DNA of 64,000 nt, from positions 98,022,001 through 98,086,000 of the forward strand of contig OX597815.1 of the NCBI GenBank assembly GCA_951406725.2, written 5' to 3'. The stretch comes from Octopus vulgaris (lineage: Eukaryota). The position numbers and the translations under genes were made by a program. This document shows, piece by piece, positions 12,625-23,956 of this stretch; position 1 is the stretch's first letter; each line of letters begins with the position of its first letter. The notes below the pieces were generated by a model that made no database searches, was not told where the DNA came from, and saw only the letters and a list, made by a program, of their open reading frames with translations.

Positions 12625-14990
12625 TATCATCTTTCAGTTTTGCTTCCATTTCTTGCCGTGTGTCTTCCTGACACCAAGGGCAAACGCACTGTATATATTG
12701 GCTGGCCATTAAAAGAATCACACAAAATTGTTCATTTACAAAGTCGTGTGATAGAGAAAAAGGGGAAGTAAGACAGAGAGAAAAGGAAAATAATTAAATA
12801 TATAAAAGTAAAAAGAAAAATAAAGGGAACAAAAGGAAAGAAAATTCACAGCGACAATGCTCTTCTCACTACGTGTGACGTACCACTTAAGACAATCTTT
12901 TGCTCTTCCTGTATGGATAGTAAGCCAGTGATCATTCTTAAAAGAATTCAGTTCTTTTTTTGATCATTCACAGTGCTCCTACAATCATTGGTATTGTAGC
13001 CGTCTTGTGATGCCACATCTTTTTAATTTCGATTGCCAAATCTTTATATTTTCTGAGCTTATCAAGCGGTTTTGCTGAGATATTATGGTCATAAGGTAAG
13101 CTCATATCAATCAATAAACAGACTTTATTGTTTTAGTCTTTCACAACAATATCTGGTTTATTTACTTTGATGGTCTGGTCTGTACCTACTGGAAAGTCCC
13201 AAATAAACGTTATAATTTCTCCCTCAGCTACAGCCTCATTTGTCAGCGGTTTTGATTTTATAATGCCGACTTATTTGTTAGGGGTCTTGATTTTATAATG
13301 CCGGCACATTATCCAATGTAGATTTTGGCCAACTCTGTCATGTCTTGATTTGTACTTTATAGGTGCTAAAACCTTATACCCAGAGATTAGGTTGTTCACT
13401 GTTTCAAACCCAACGTTCCTTCTTGAGTCTACTACATTTTTCATCACATTGGCTTGATAGTTCCAGGTCAATATGCTCTGATCTTGAGCAGCCAAAATAA
13501 AGCCTTCGTGCTCTGCTCTTAGCCCTGAACTCCGTAGCCACTGATGGGTGTACTTCTGGTCTACATCGGCTTGTTTCCTTCGAACCACATATTTGCAATG
13601 CAGCGGTTTTTATTCCCATCTATCAGCCAATTGTTCAAACGCATTTTGCTTTACTATTGATTTCACCCCTGCAACTACAGTTGTCGTACTTCCATCATGC
13701 TGTTCAATCTGTCTGTTATGCCTAAACTCACTAACAGATTTTTTGCTCTCCTTCATAACAAATGAAGCTTCTTACGTCTCTTGTAGTTTTCAACGATCTT
13801 TAGCATCCAGTCGTTAAATGTTTCAAGATATTTTGCCAGTCCAATTGTAGTGGTTTTGTAAGAGATTTCCAATTGGATGAAGCCGCGACCTTTTTGAGCT
13901 CTGGTAAAGACGATCTACATCTGCCTTTGAGTGGTGCATCATTTGTATGTCAGCGGCTTACGGATTTTCCTGTTAATCGTCCTTATTTCGCTGATATTCC
14001 AATTCAATACATTGAAATTAAATAACAACCGGAACCGCTAAGGAATCTATAGCTAACACCTTGTTACGTGCATTGTACTCAGATTTCCAGACTGCTCGAG
14101 CGCTCCTGTAACATTCCTTCTTGATCTTCTCTTTCATGTTTGCATGTTGAATGCCAGAGCCCTCATTTATTCCGAGGTATTTGTAAGTTTGTTCCTGTTC
14201 GAGTCTTTTATGACTGTGCCAACATCCAACACCACTGAATGTGAGGTCTTCAATTTCCCTTTCTGGAAAGTGGCCTTGACACATTTATCAAGACCAAATT
14301 CCATCCCGATGTCATCACTGAATGCTATCAGAGTACGTAGTAGTCCTTCAAGCTCATTATCATCTTTGACACCTAGTTTTAAGTCATCCATATAAAATAG
14401 ATGACTTATTTTCTTGTCGCCAATTTTATATCCACACCCTGTTCTGTTAAGCTCACTTGTAAGGGGTATTAGGGCTATGCAAAAGATTAAAGGTGAAAGT
14501 GAGTCACCTTGGAAAATGCCGCAGTTGATACTAATATCTTTTGTGGTCAGTACTTCATTAGAGTGGTATAACTGGAGATTCGTATTCCACACTGACATGT
14601 TGTGCTTCAGGAAATTTGAAATCACTGGAGAAATTATGAAAATATCCAGCATTCTGTCAAAAGCTTTTTATTATCAATCCATGTGGAGCTGAGATTTTTG
14701 CGTTTGTGATGACAATTCTCAAGGATCATGCGATTGATTAAGAGTTGGTCTTTGCATCCATATGAGTCGCGTCGGCACCCTTTATGTTCAGCGGAGAAAA
14801 TATCGTTCTGTTCCATATATTAGTATGTTTTCTCTACGAGGATGGATGTTAAAATTTTATACGTGGTAGACAGACATGTCATGGTCCGATAGTTTGGGGA
14901 ACATTTGGTTTCATTATTCTTGGGGCGTAGGTAAGTAATAACTCTTACTAACCAGTCAGATGTTTCCGTAGGATCTCACATAATTTCACA
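12625..14990 (-). mobile_element. 5'-truncated, decayed R4/Dong-clade non-LTR retrotransposon (RT plus RLE endonuclease)
   Basis: GIFQGDSLSPLIFC, SHLFYMDDLKL, GMEFGLDKC, YKYLGINE, EGFILAAQDQ, RHDRV, KPDIVVKD..CLLIDMS, terminal IVLSGTSHVVRRALSL*. 3' UTR runs into (TGA/TAA)n. Confidence 0.92.
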
Positions 14991-15414
14991 GGAAAAGAAA
15001 AGAATTCTAAAAGTAGTCTTAGATACCAAGATCCCTCCTATTGGGTTACAGCAAGTAACTTAAGATGCCAAGAACCCTCCTAAGTATCCTGTCTATCTCT
15101 AATAACACTGTTTTCTGGAGCTGTACTAAACTGGGTTTTATGCCTATTTCCTTTATCCATCTGTTTGTGCTAAACTTGGTTTTATACCTTTTTTTTTATG
15201 GAACTTTTCCATGAGCAGCCTTTGAATGTGTCCTCCTTACTGATGATTACACATTGTTGATTTCTTTTTCTATTTCTTTTTAATTTTGCTAGTCTTGTTT
15301 ACACGCAAAACCCTCACAACTACAGAAGCTTACATACATACACACACACATTCTTTGTTTTATCCTGTACTGTCCATAATGTTTTTCTCAATATAAACCC
15401 TTGTGGTTAAAAAA

Positions 15415-15526
15415 GAAATCATCATCATCATAATCATCATCATCATCATCATTATCATCATCATCATTATTATCATTATTATTATCATTATTATTATTAT
15501 TATTATCATTATTATTATTATTATTA

Positions 15527-15590
<64 letters not shown>

Positions 15591-15662
15591 CATCATTATT
15601 ATTTTTGATTTTGATTTTTCCAGTTTCAGCTAATGAGCTGTGGCCATGCTGGGGCACCGCCA

Positions 15663-15711
<49 letters not shown>

Positions 15712-15996
15712 GTTATTATTTTTATTATTTTTATTATCATTATTCGACCTCGGTGGAATTTGAACTCAGAACGTAGCGACGGGAGAAATACGGCTAAGCA
15801 TTTCGTTAGCACGCTAGACGAAATGCTTAGCGGTATTTCACCCGTCGTTACCTTCTCAGTTCAAATTCCGCCGAGGTCGACATTGCCTTTCATCCTTTCG
15901 CGGTTTACAAATTAAGTACCAGTTTAACGCTGGAGTCGATGTAATCGACAAGTACCATCCTCTAAAATTGAAGGCATTGTGCCTCCAGTAGAAAGA

Positions 15997-16050
<54 letters not shown>
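15415..16050. repeat. (ATC)n/(ATT)n microsatellites with embedded SINE fragments, including a head-to-head SINE A pair
   Basis: Long ATT runs. SINE A minus fragment 15744-15805 abuts SINE A plus copy 15805-15995. SINE B 3' fragment near 15615-15660. Confidence 0.85.
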
Positions 16051-16596
16051 GAGTGAGAGAGCAGTGCATGCCATCAAAGTGACACTAGGGCAAAATATAA
16101 AAAGCCCACTATACCCATCTGATAAGGGTAAACCAGGCACAGGCATCACAACGATATGTGCGCGACATGGTGATCTCATATCAAGATAAACAGCGCATGA
16201 CCTTGCAGGTGGGGCCCAGTTAGAATTTTCTTCTGATCGAGTAGCCCATCCCGCTCAAAAGGTCCCTGAATAAGGATTGTTTAAAGATGTTGAACGAACC
16301 ACCCATGTTTCCAAAGGTGAATTATCCAAACCTCTAAGAATTCCTTTCAACACATGGCTATGCTGCCTCCCCCCCACTACTTCTGCTTGTGATCAGAGAT
16401 GCACATATCCTCAGCCACTAAGGGACATGCTCAACTGGTTAAGATCAAACAACTGACAAGCAAATCAGTGGTATTGAGAAGAATATTTGCTGTAGCCCAT
16501 TTTTTATACCAAGACAAAACAATGTACATGATAATACTTCCAATCAGTTATGATCTGAAGCCATCAGAGCCACTGTCTGGTATTGCATTAGGGCAT
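16051..16596. mobile_element. Unclassified ~545-bp insertion with sharp boundaries inside (ATT)n
   Basis: Higher-GC block flanked on both sides by ATT-type repeats. No recognisable protein motif. Confidence 0.4.
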
Positions 16597-16631
16597 AAAT
16601 AGTATTATTATTATTGTTGTTGTTGTTGTTG

Positions 16632-16845
16632 TTATTCAGTAGTCTTATATTTACCACGTGCTTCCACTGCATTACCGAGCGCAACTCTGTGTGCCTTGGG
16701 TATGTGCTGTGATTTGTTGTGGTGCTCTTATTTTTACTGTATTGAAAGTGTTTTACGTAGGATGTGTGCGATGTCTAGTAGTACTATTTTCTGCATGTTA
16801 CAATATACTTCTTAGTCCTGGTGTTTTTGTTATGTATTTGTCTAA
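16632..16845 (-). mobile_element. Extreme 3' end of an R4/Dong-like LINE in a (TAA/CAA)n tract
   Basis: Minus frame 'QKIVLLDIAHILRKTLSIQ*' matches the QKxVLLGTAxILRKxL terminus of Dong/R4 ORFs. Confidence 0.75.
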
Positions 16846-16896
<51 letters not shown>

Positions 16897-16906
16897 GTTA
16901 TTATTA

Positions 16907-16973
<67 letters not shown>

Positions 16974-17006
16974 CATTATTATTATTATTATTATTTCTTC
17001 TTTCAG

Positions 17007-17314
17007 TGAGTCATATAAGTGTGAGGTCTGTGAGTAAAGTGAAAAACCAAGTCCGCTACGATGTCGCCGTGAGAAAACTTTACCGCTACACTTTACCACT
17101 GATGTCGAGAGAATTCATTTACTTGGCAAAGAGCTGCCATTGTCCCAAGTTGATAAAGGGCAAAGATTATTTGGTCATCGGTTACATAAATCCTCATGAA
17201 AAACGCGAGATTCAGTTAATCTTACCATCAGACACATATTACAGGACTTATACAAATTTTGCCGGTAGAAAATTAGATGAATTGAGCAAAAAGTACCGAT
17301 GTCCTGCCAGTTAA
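17007..17314 (+). CDS. Terminal coding exon encoding an NTR (C345C/netrin-like) domain, most similar to the C-terminus of ADAMTS-like protein 5
   Basis: Acceptor tttcttctttcag at 16994-17006, phase 1, open frame to TAA at 17312-17314. Peptide RYDVAVRKLYRYTLPLMSREFIYLAKSCHCPKL..KDYLVIG..QLILPSDTYYR..RCPAS parallels the recalled ADAMTSL5 NTR (RYEV..VYKNR.PL.AREYVW...CPCP.L...DYL...QLLLP..GY.R..RCP). Upstream exons not found in the window. Confidence 0.85.
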
Positions 17315-17593
17315 TTTTTCGATGGATGTAAATGTTTGGTGGGCTTTATTGCTTGATTAGTGTAACTATTGGTAGGAATACTTTGTTTTTTAAAATAATA
17401 ATAATGATAATTACATTATTGTGTTCACTTACTTTTAAATTATTTTTAGTCTTCATCATTTGAATGGTGAGTATATTAAAAATGAATTAATGATAGTTTA
17501 ATGTTTCTTAAATACTATATACATATATGCACACACGCACATATACACACATAAACACGCATTCACACATACATGTTATTGATTGTATGTATG

Positions 17594-17647
<54 letters not shown>

Positions 17648-17648
17648 G

Positions 17649-17705
<57 letters not shown>

Positions 17706-19599
17706 TTATATTAAAACTGTGCAAGTGTGCGTATTTTCCTTTTTAATTTCTGATATATATACATCTATATATTTTACTTTTTACTGGCTTCACTCCATGC
17801 TGGAGCACAGCCTTTCAGTGTATTTGGGTTTCTTATCTGTAAAGTTTTTGATGAGATAGTGAGTTGGACGAAGCTCATCTTATTTGTGCCTCCTTCCACG
17901 ATGTGGTTTCGTCTGGTGTCTCAGACAAAAATTCCTCCAGTCGCTCTTTGAAGACCTACACATCTAAACCTCGTAAATCTCTAATGTTTCACAGAATATT
18001 GAACAGTTGTGGAGCCTGGAAAACTGCAGCCTTATTGTAGATGGAAAAGACGGAATTTTTGGTAGTATGCAGTGCCGTCCAGTTCGGTGGTTTGTATACC
18101 TTTCGATTCCAAAGTTAGGAACTAGACCTTTTGGATCTTCCATAAGTAAATTATGTCATATCTTTCACGTAGAAATTCAATTATCTATTCATACATACAT
18201 GCATACATGCATGCATACATACATACATACATACATACATACATAAATACACACACGCACACAAACACAGACACACACATACATATGTGTGTATGAGTGT
18301 GTGTGTGCGTGTGTGTGAGTGAAACAGTGGAATCTCGAATCACACATACAGTTATAAGTAACTGCATGTAAATACAGGGTTGAAAATCTCTTTTGGATAG
18401 AAAAAGTCGAAGAATGCCCAACAGTGCATTAGCTTGAGTTAAGTACTTCTTTTCACCTTGCTTCAGTTAACTCAGCTAATAGTTACTATCAGCAACATCT
18501 AGGCCGTTCATTAAGCAACGAACTGGGGGTCTCTTTCAACGAGTGTCTTGTATTCCCTGTCGCGTAAATGTCATTGAAACCAGGCTTAACAGCATTTAAA
18601 TGTGCCTCTGGGGTCAAGATGAATATTAAATTTTTTCATCGTTCCATATGTTTATACACACACACACACACACACAGACATACACGCACACACACACACA
18701 CACAGACATACACGCACACACACACATACATATACATAAACATACATACATGCATACATACATACACCCTTGGTGCCGGATTAAAATGTCCCGCAATAAT
18801 TTGATTTTCATCTACCATTAATTAAAGTAAAATTAAGCCATGTTAAATAAATTTGTTTTATTAATAAATTAAATCTGATAATTTTATTATTTATTGACCT
18901 CGTTACTAACTTTACTCTCTCGTTTATTTCACGCAGAAGTGCATCCATTCGATAAAACTTGGAAATCCATGAAAGGTTTCAAAATCCAGAATCTCCTCTT
19001 TCTAGAAATCATGGTTGAAAACAGAATAAAAAGTTTTATCTGATTTCCAAATTATAAATCTGGCCTTAATTGTTCTCTGTGGCGACCTGTTGTCGAGCTT
19101 TTCGAGCGAACACGTACGCATGATTACAGGCACACACAGGCGATTGTTTTATATTTGTGAAGATATAGAATCTAATCTTTTAAAAACTATTTGACATAGC
19201 TACCAAATTTACTTATATATAAAATCAGAATTTGTTTTACAAAACAATAAAGTAAATCAAGCAATGAGAAAAAAACACTTATGCTAGAAAAATAATGAAA
19301 AACTATCTCACATGATATCGATTTAACTTGAATTCTTAACTTTATTTTTTAAAAAACAGTATAGCTATAGCATAAAATCACTATAAATCTTTAAACAAAT
19401 CAATAACTTTATTTACACTATCAATATCAATATAATATTTCTTTATACAAATTTAAAATCAAAATTTTTTTTTAATTTTCTCACCCCAAATACAAATTTT
19501 CAAATTTCTATACGTATTTCTATAAAAAGTTTTGTCTTTCTAAAAAATGTTTGTTCTTCGTAAAAAATTGTCTGTACATAAAAAGTTTTAAGCCCTACA

Positions 19600-19835
19600 A
19601 AAATTGGGAACTACTTAAAAGTTTTTCTGCTCTTAATAGAAAATAAAAAGATTTTTTAACCCTCTTAAATATTTTCTGCTCATTCTCAAAATGTTCTGAA
19701 CAAAATTTTCTGCTCCTACTGAAAACTTTATGCATCTCCTAAACATTCTGTGTCCCCTTAAAAATAGTCTGCTCCTACTAAAAATTCTTTTACTCTTAAA
19801 GACATTCTGCTCCTATTAAAAATTCTGTTCTCTCT
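19600..19835. repeat. Degenerate ~20-bp tandem minisatellite
   Basis: Recurring aaa(t/c)(a/t)ttctgctc(c/t)ta units. Confidence 0.55.
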
Positions 19836-20565
19836 GTACATAGAACACCTACAAGGCTAGCAAAAAAAATCATTAGATTATCAGCAAACTATTAAGTGGC
19901 ATATCAAATTTCATGTCGTTATCTGGAATAACCACAAGCAGATTTTGGGGGTGGGGGAGAGAAATTTTCTGGGCCATAGTGGACGCAAGCGATTTTATTC
20001 TTTTAGATATTTTTTTTCCAGCTGATAACGAATCTGGGCTTAGTTTTTCTTTAGGCGTCTCCGTTCATGAGTTTTTGAGCGGATGTATACACTGACGATT
20101 ACTGACTACTTTATACATAGAAACAGTTGTCTGTGTATGTGTGTGTGTGTGTGTCTGTATTTGTGTGTGTGTGCGTGTGTGTACAAGCACATACATACAC
20201 ATAGTGTAAATATATTGAACAATAAACGCCCAAACAGGAGGAACACGATTTAACGAGTAAGGTATTATCTTCACAAGTATTTTCATTCATTCTTAATATG
20301 TTCTGGCAGATTCGAACGTGAATCTCCGATCATAGTTGCTTGTATCATCGAAGAACACCATTTCCCTTTAGACGATGTCAGGTCATTAACGTGTGATTCA
20401 CTTTTGAAATGGGTGTTTAAACGGCATTATGCGTCTCCTCAGACAAAGCTACCATTGTCGAAGCTTGCTGATATCTGCCAAAGAGATAATAATTCATGGA
20501 GTTCACGTGCTAGTCCAAATACTGCATGGGGTATTATGTGTTTGCAGACATTTGCAGGCAGAGGT

Positions 20566-20660
20566 ACATGCAACAATCCCTTGACTTTCGCGGGTGTTCT
20601 GTTCCAAAACCACCCGCGATAGGTGAAAATCCACAAAATAGAAACAATACTTTACTGTTT
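20566..20660. mobile_element. Tigger/pogo-type terminal sequence
   Basis: cccttgactttcgcgggtgttctgttccaaaaccacccgcgataggtgaaaatccac resembles recalled Tigger MITE ends, with an internal cgcgggtg/cacccgcg palindrome. Confidence 0.45.
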
Positions 20661-21221
20661 TATTTTTTTAAATAATTTGTTTATATTTATTTTATTATAA
20701 ATGCAGAACAACACCACGGAATCGACGTAAGCTTAAATAATAAACGCAATAGGCGAAACGTGATAGGTGAACTGCGATATGGTGAGGGATTACTGTAATT
20801 CGTTTCTGATTCCTATAAACAAGTGCTTCTGCTCTTATTAAGATTCATCGGTCTGGCGGGGTACCTTTGACAGAGAAGACACAAAATGAGGTTAAAACAC
20901 CGCAATGTCTCAAAGTCCCATTACATCGATAAATCCTGTTATGAACACATAACATTTAAAGGGAGGTAGGATATCTCCAAAGACGCCAAAAAAAACAGTG
21001 ATTGAATATTCCAGTTCAAATCTGTCAAAATGTATTACGATTTAGATATGCTATCGTTTGGATTTTTGCCATTGTGTCTGCACCTCATGAATTATTGGCT
21101 TCATGGTTTAATGGAAGAGAACGTAAATTAACGTTACGTGCATGCACCACAAGCACTAATCTATTCATCAAACTATCTACATGTCCGTGTGTGCGTGTAT
21201 GTGTGTGTGTATGTTTGTGTT

Positions 21222-21289
<68 letters not shown>

Positions 21290-21426
21290 GAATTTAGGGT
21301 ATCTAAGAGATACCACCACGCTGGAAATAGCAGTCAAAACGTGACTCTAAAACCACATTAAATGTTCATACAGCACCAGGAGAGAAGACAAAGAGATAAA
21401 ATAAACTAGCAAAAAATTACTGGATA

Positions 21427-21485
21427 ATTCCAGATCCCGGATTTCTGATTCAGCATAAGAAATGCTCTGCCTTCATCAGTGGAAT
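21427..21485 (-). ncRNA. Minimal type I hammerhead ribozyme (copy 1)
   Basis: auucca CUGAUGA aggcag-agcau-uucuu-augcu-gaauca GAAA uccggga UC uggaau. Core intact, 6-bp stem I, weakened base of stem II. Confidence 0.75.
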
Positions 21486-21504
21486 ATACACAGATAGCAC
21501 ATAA

Positions 21505-21549
<45 letters not shown>

Positions 21550-21972
21550 ACATACAATACACTTACATATACGAACGTATACATACATATACTTGCACGT
21601 AAACACACGACCAGTTTAAATTGCCAGCCTAAAACTCCTCGTGCGATATGGTCAAAATACCACCGCATTTGCGAAATAAATATATAATGACAAATTAAAT
21701 GACGAATTAAATATATAATGACGAATTAAATATATAAATTTATATAAATAAGGATAAGATCAATATTTAAATACCGATCAGTTGGCCAGCATGGGAATAA
21801 AAACCTTCAAAGGTAATAATAATTATCAAAATAATAATTTAGGGTATCTAAGAGATACAACCACGCTGGAAATAGCAGTCAAAACTTGACTCTAAAATCG
21901 CATTAAATGTTCATACAGCACCAGGAGACAAGACAAAGAGACAAAATAAACTAGCAAAAAAATTACTGTATA

Positions 21973-22031
21973 ATTCCAGATCCCGGATTTCTGGCTATGC
22001 ATAAGAAATTTTCTGCCTTCATCAGTGGAAT
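21973..22031 (-). ncRNA. Minimal type I hammerhead ribozyme (copy 2)
   Basis: auucca CUGAUGA a-ggc-(19 nt)-gcc-a GAAA uccggga UC uggaau. Core intact, 6-bp stem I. Confidence 0.8.
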
Positions 22032-22088
22032 ATACTCAGATAGCACACAAATACCAATATATATATATAGAACATAAGATATACTTAC

Positions 22089-22122
<34 letters not shown>

Positions 22123-22844
22123 GTGTGTGTGAATGAGTGTCTGAATACGTGACGACAAATTGGAACGACTGGAGATTAGATAAACCTTATTTGAAATGAC
22201 TAAATATGTCACCACATTTGCTCTCAATTGCAACGAAATTCTCATCCAATTAAACAAATATATTAAACTACAGACAAATAATATGAACGTGGTCGTCCTA
22301 CATAAAATAGGTAGGACTGTGCAATAACTTTCATCGTGGCTTTACTGTTGCTAAAAATTATCAACCACGGTCAACAGAATTTAATTTCAATAACAGACAG
22401 GCACTCTCTGTTTCTCTTTTTTCATTAAGAGTACAACTGTCGAGCGAATCTGTAATTAAGATCGTTCCGCCGACCTCCCTGAATAGGGAGGAGCGAGCCT
22501 GTTTTCTCTCGGTAGTTGCTGTGAAAGACGAGAGTGAAAGGAATTACAACAGGCATGTTCATCTCCAGTCTCGAGCTAATCGACTTTTTCGTTTTCCACA
22601 TGAAACGGAAAATAAGGCTGGAGAAGAAATGCCTGTCGCAAAGTGAGGTTTCGTAAAAGATGGAAGTATATAGCAAGTATGTTGCGAGTGAAAGAACTTG
22701 TTTAAACGAGAATGTAAAAAAGGAGAAAGCAAAGTCTTCGGCGTGAGTGTGTGGTTTGTGGAGTCAACCGCGTCCTCCGCTTCATTTGTTGTTAATCACT
22801 CATTCTCATTTAATTGTATATATTTTTATTGTTTGACAATTGTT

Positions 22845-23260
22845 GAAAATTTTCCCCAAAATTTTAGAAAAAATTTTTGAAAAATTTTATGAAAATTTTT
22901 TGAAAATTTTCCCCAATATTTTTGAAAAATTTTTTGAAAATTTTAACCAAAATTTTTGAAAAATTTTTCGAAAGTTTTACCCAAAAATTTTTGAAAAATT
23001 TTTTAAAAATTTTCCTACAAAATTTTTTTTTAATTTTTGAAAATTTTCCTCAAGAATTTTTGAAAAATTTCTGAAAAATTTTTGGAAAAAGGTTTTTGAA
23101 AAGTCTTTCAAAATTTTTTGGAAAATTTCCCAAAAATTTTAGAAAACTTTTTTGAAAATTTTCCCCCGAAAGTTCTGAAAATTTTTTGAAAGTTTTCCCC
23201 AAAATTTCTGAAAAATTAAAAAAAAATTTTTGAAGGATCTTTGGGGAAATTTTTCAAAAT
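22845..23260. repeat. A-tract/T-tract degenerate minisatellite
   Basis: Repeats of gaaaatttt(t/ccc) at roughly 10-12 bp period. Confidence 0.85.
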
Positions 23261-23309
23261 ATATATATATTTGTATATATAAATATATGTATGTATTTGT
23301 GTGTGTGTT

Positions 23310-23640
23310 CAATATCAACATTCTCAGACGAACTACAAAATATCAGCATCTTTTTCAAACTCTCAATCAAAAATATGAATTAATAAAAGATTGTTTGAAT
23401 TTGTTTAACTCTAGGTTTTAAGAGTCGCTGATGAAGATTAAGATGGCCTGCATCAAAATCTGAAATTGCGATCCGGCTATGCACGCTGAGGACTTACCTC
23501 TCTTTATCAGTCATTAAGTTCAGTGCTCTTGTGGCTTTCAGTTATTTTAACAAAAACTGTGATAGTCAGTACCATCTGTCGCTTTTTTTACCTCTATAAA
23601 ATCGTCTTTATTTAATTGCTAATAAGCTCCTCTTTTTTAA
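23310..23640 (+). mobile_element. PLE 3'-end remnant: ORF terminus followed immediately by a hammerhead
   Basis: 'TLNQKYELIKDC..*' resembles the LNKRSELISKCRH terminus of some GIY-YIG PLEs. Stop at 23421 is followed directly by the hammerhead. Confidence 0.55.
23423..23478 (+). ncRNA. Minimal type I hammerhead ribozyme
   Basis: agucg CUGAUGA agauu-aa-gaug-gccug-cauc-aa-aaucu GAAA uugcga UC cggcu. All core positions intact, bipartite stem II, predicted cleavage after 23473. Confidence 0.85.
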
Positions 23641-23807
23641 ATTTGTGTGTGAATATATATATTTATACGTATGGTGTGAGTGGATGTGCGTGTGTGTGTG
23701 TGTAAGCAGATATGTATACATGTGTGTAAGTGTGTGTATGCACAGACGAGCATCTGTGTATGTATATATACACAGAATATACTATAATTATATATATACA
23801 TATATAA

Positions 23808-23935
23808 AACGGGCTTCTTACAGTTTACGTCAACCAGATATACTCACAAGTCCTTGGTCGACCCGAGTCTATAGCAGAAGACACTTGCCCAAGGTGTCAC
23901 GCAATAGTACTGAATCCAGAACCATGTGGTTGGGA
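23808..23935 (-). mobile_element. SINE family B fragment
   Basis: cgggcttctt.cagttt.cgtc.acca..gaagacacttgcccaagg matches other family B copies. Confidence 0.8.
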
Positions 23936-23956
23936 ATACATATATAGTTATATATA

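Larger units (their letters stand above)
21288..22056 (-). mobile_element. Direct repeat of a ~215-bp hammerhead-containing pLTR-like unit (21288-21508 and 21836-22056; the second has a tail to ~21748)
   Basis: The two copies align along their whole length with scattered substitutions, share the same right-hand boundary and each abuts (TA)n. Confidence 0.85.

Noticed and set aside
16658-17006. N-terminal half of the 218-aa ORF with poly-Leu, resembling a signal peptide or TM segment
   Set aside because: Antisense Dong remnant plus (ATT)n read through upstream of the splice acceptor; intronic.
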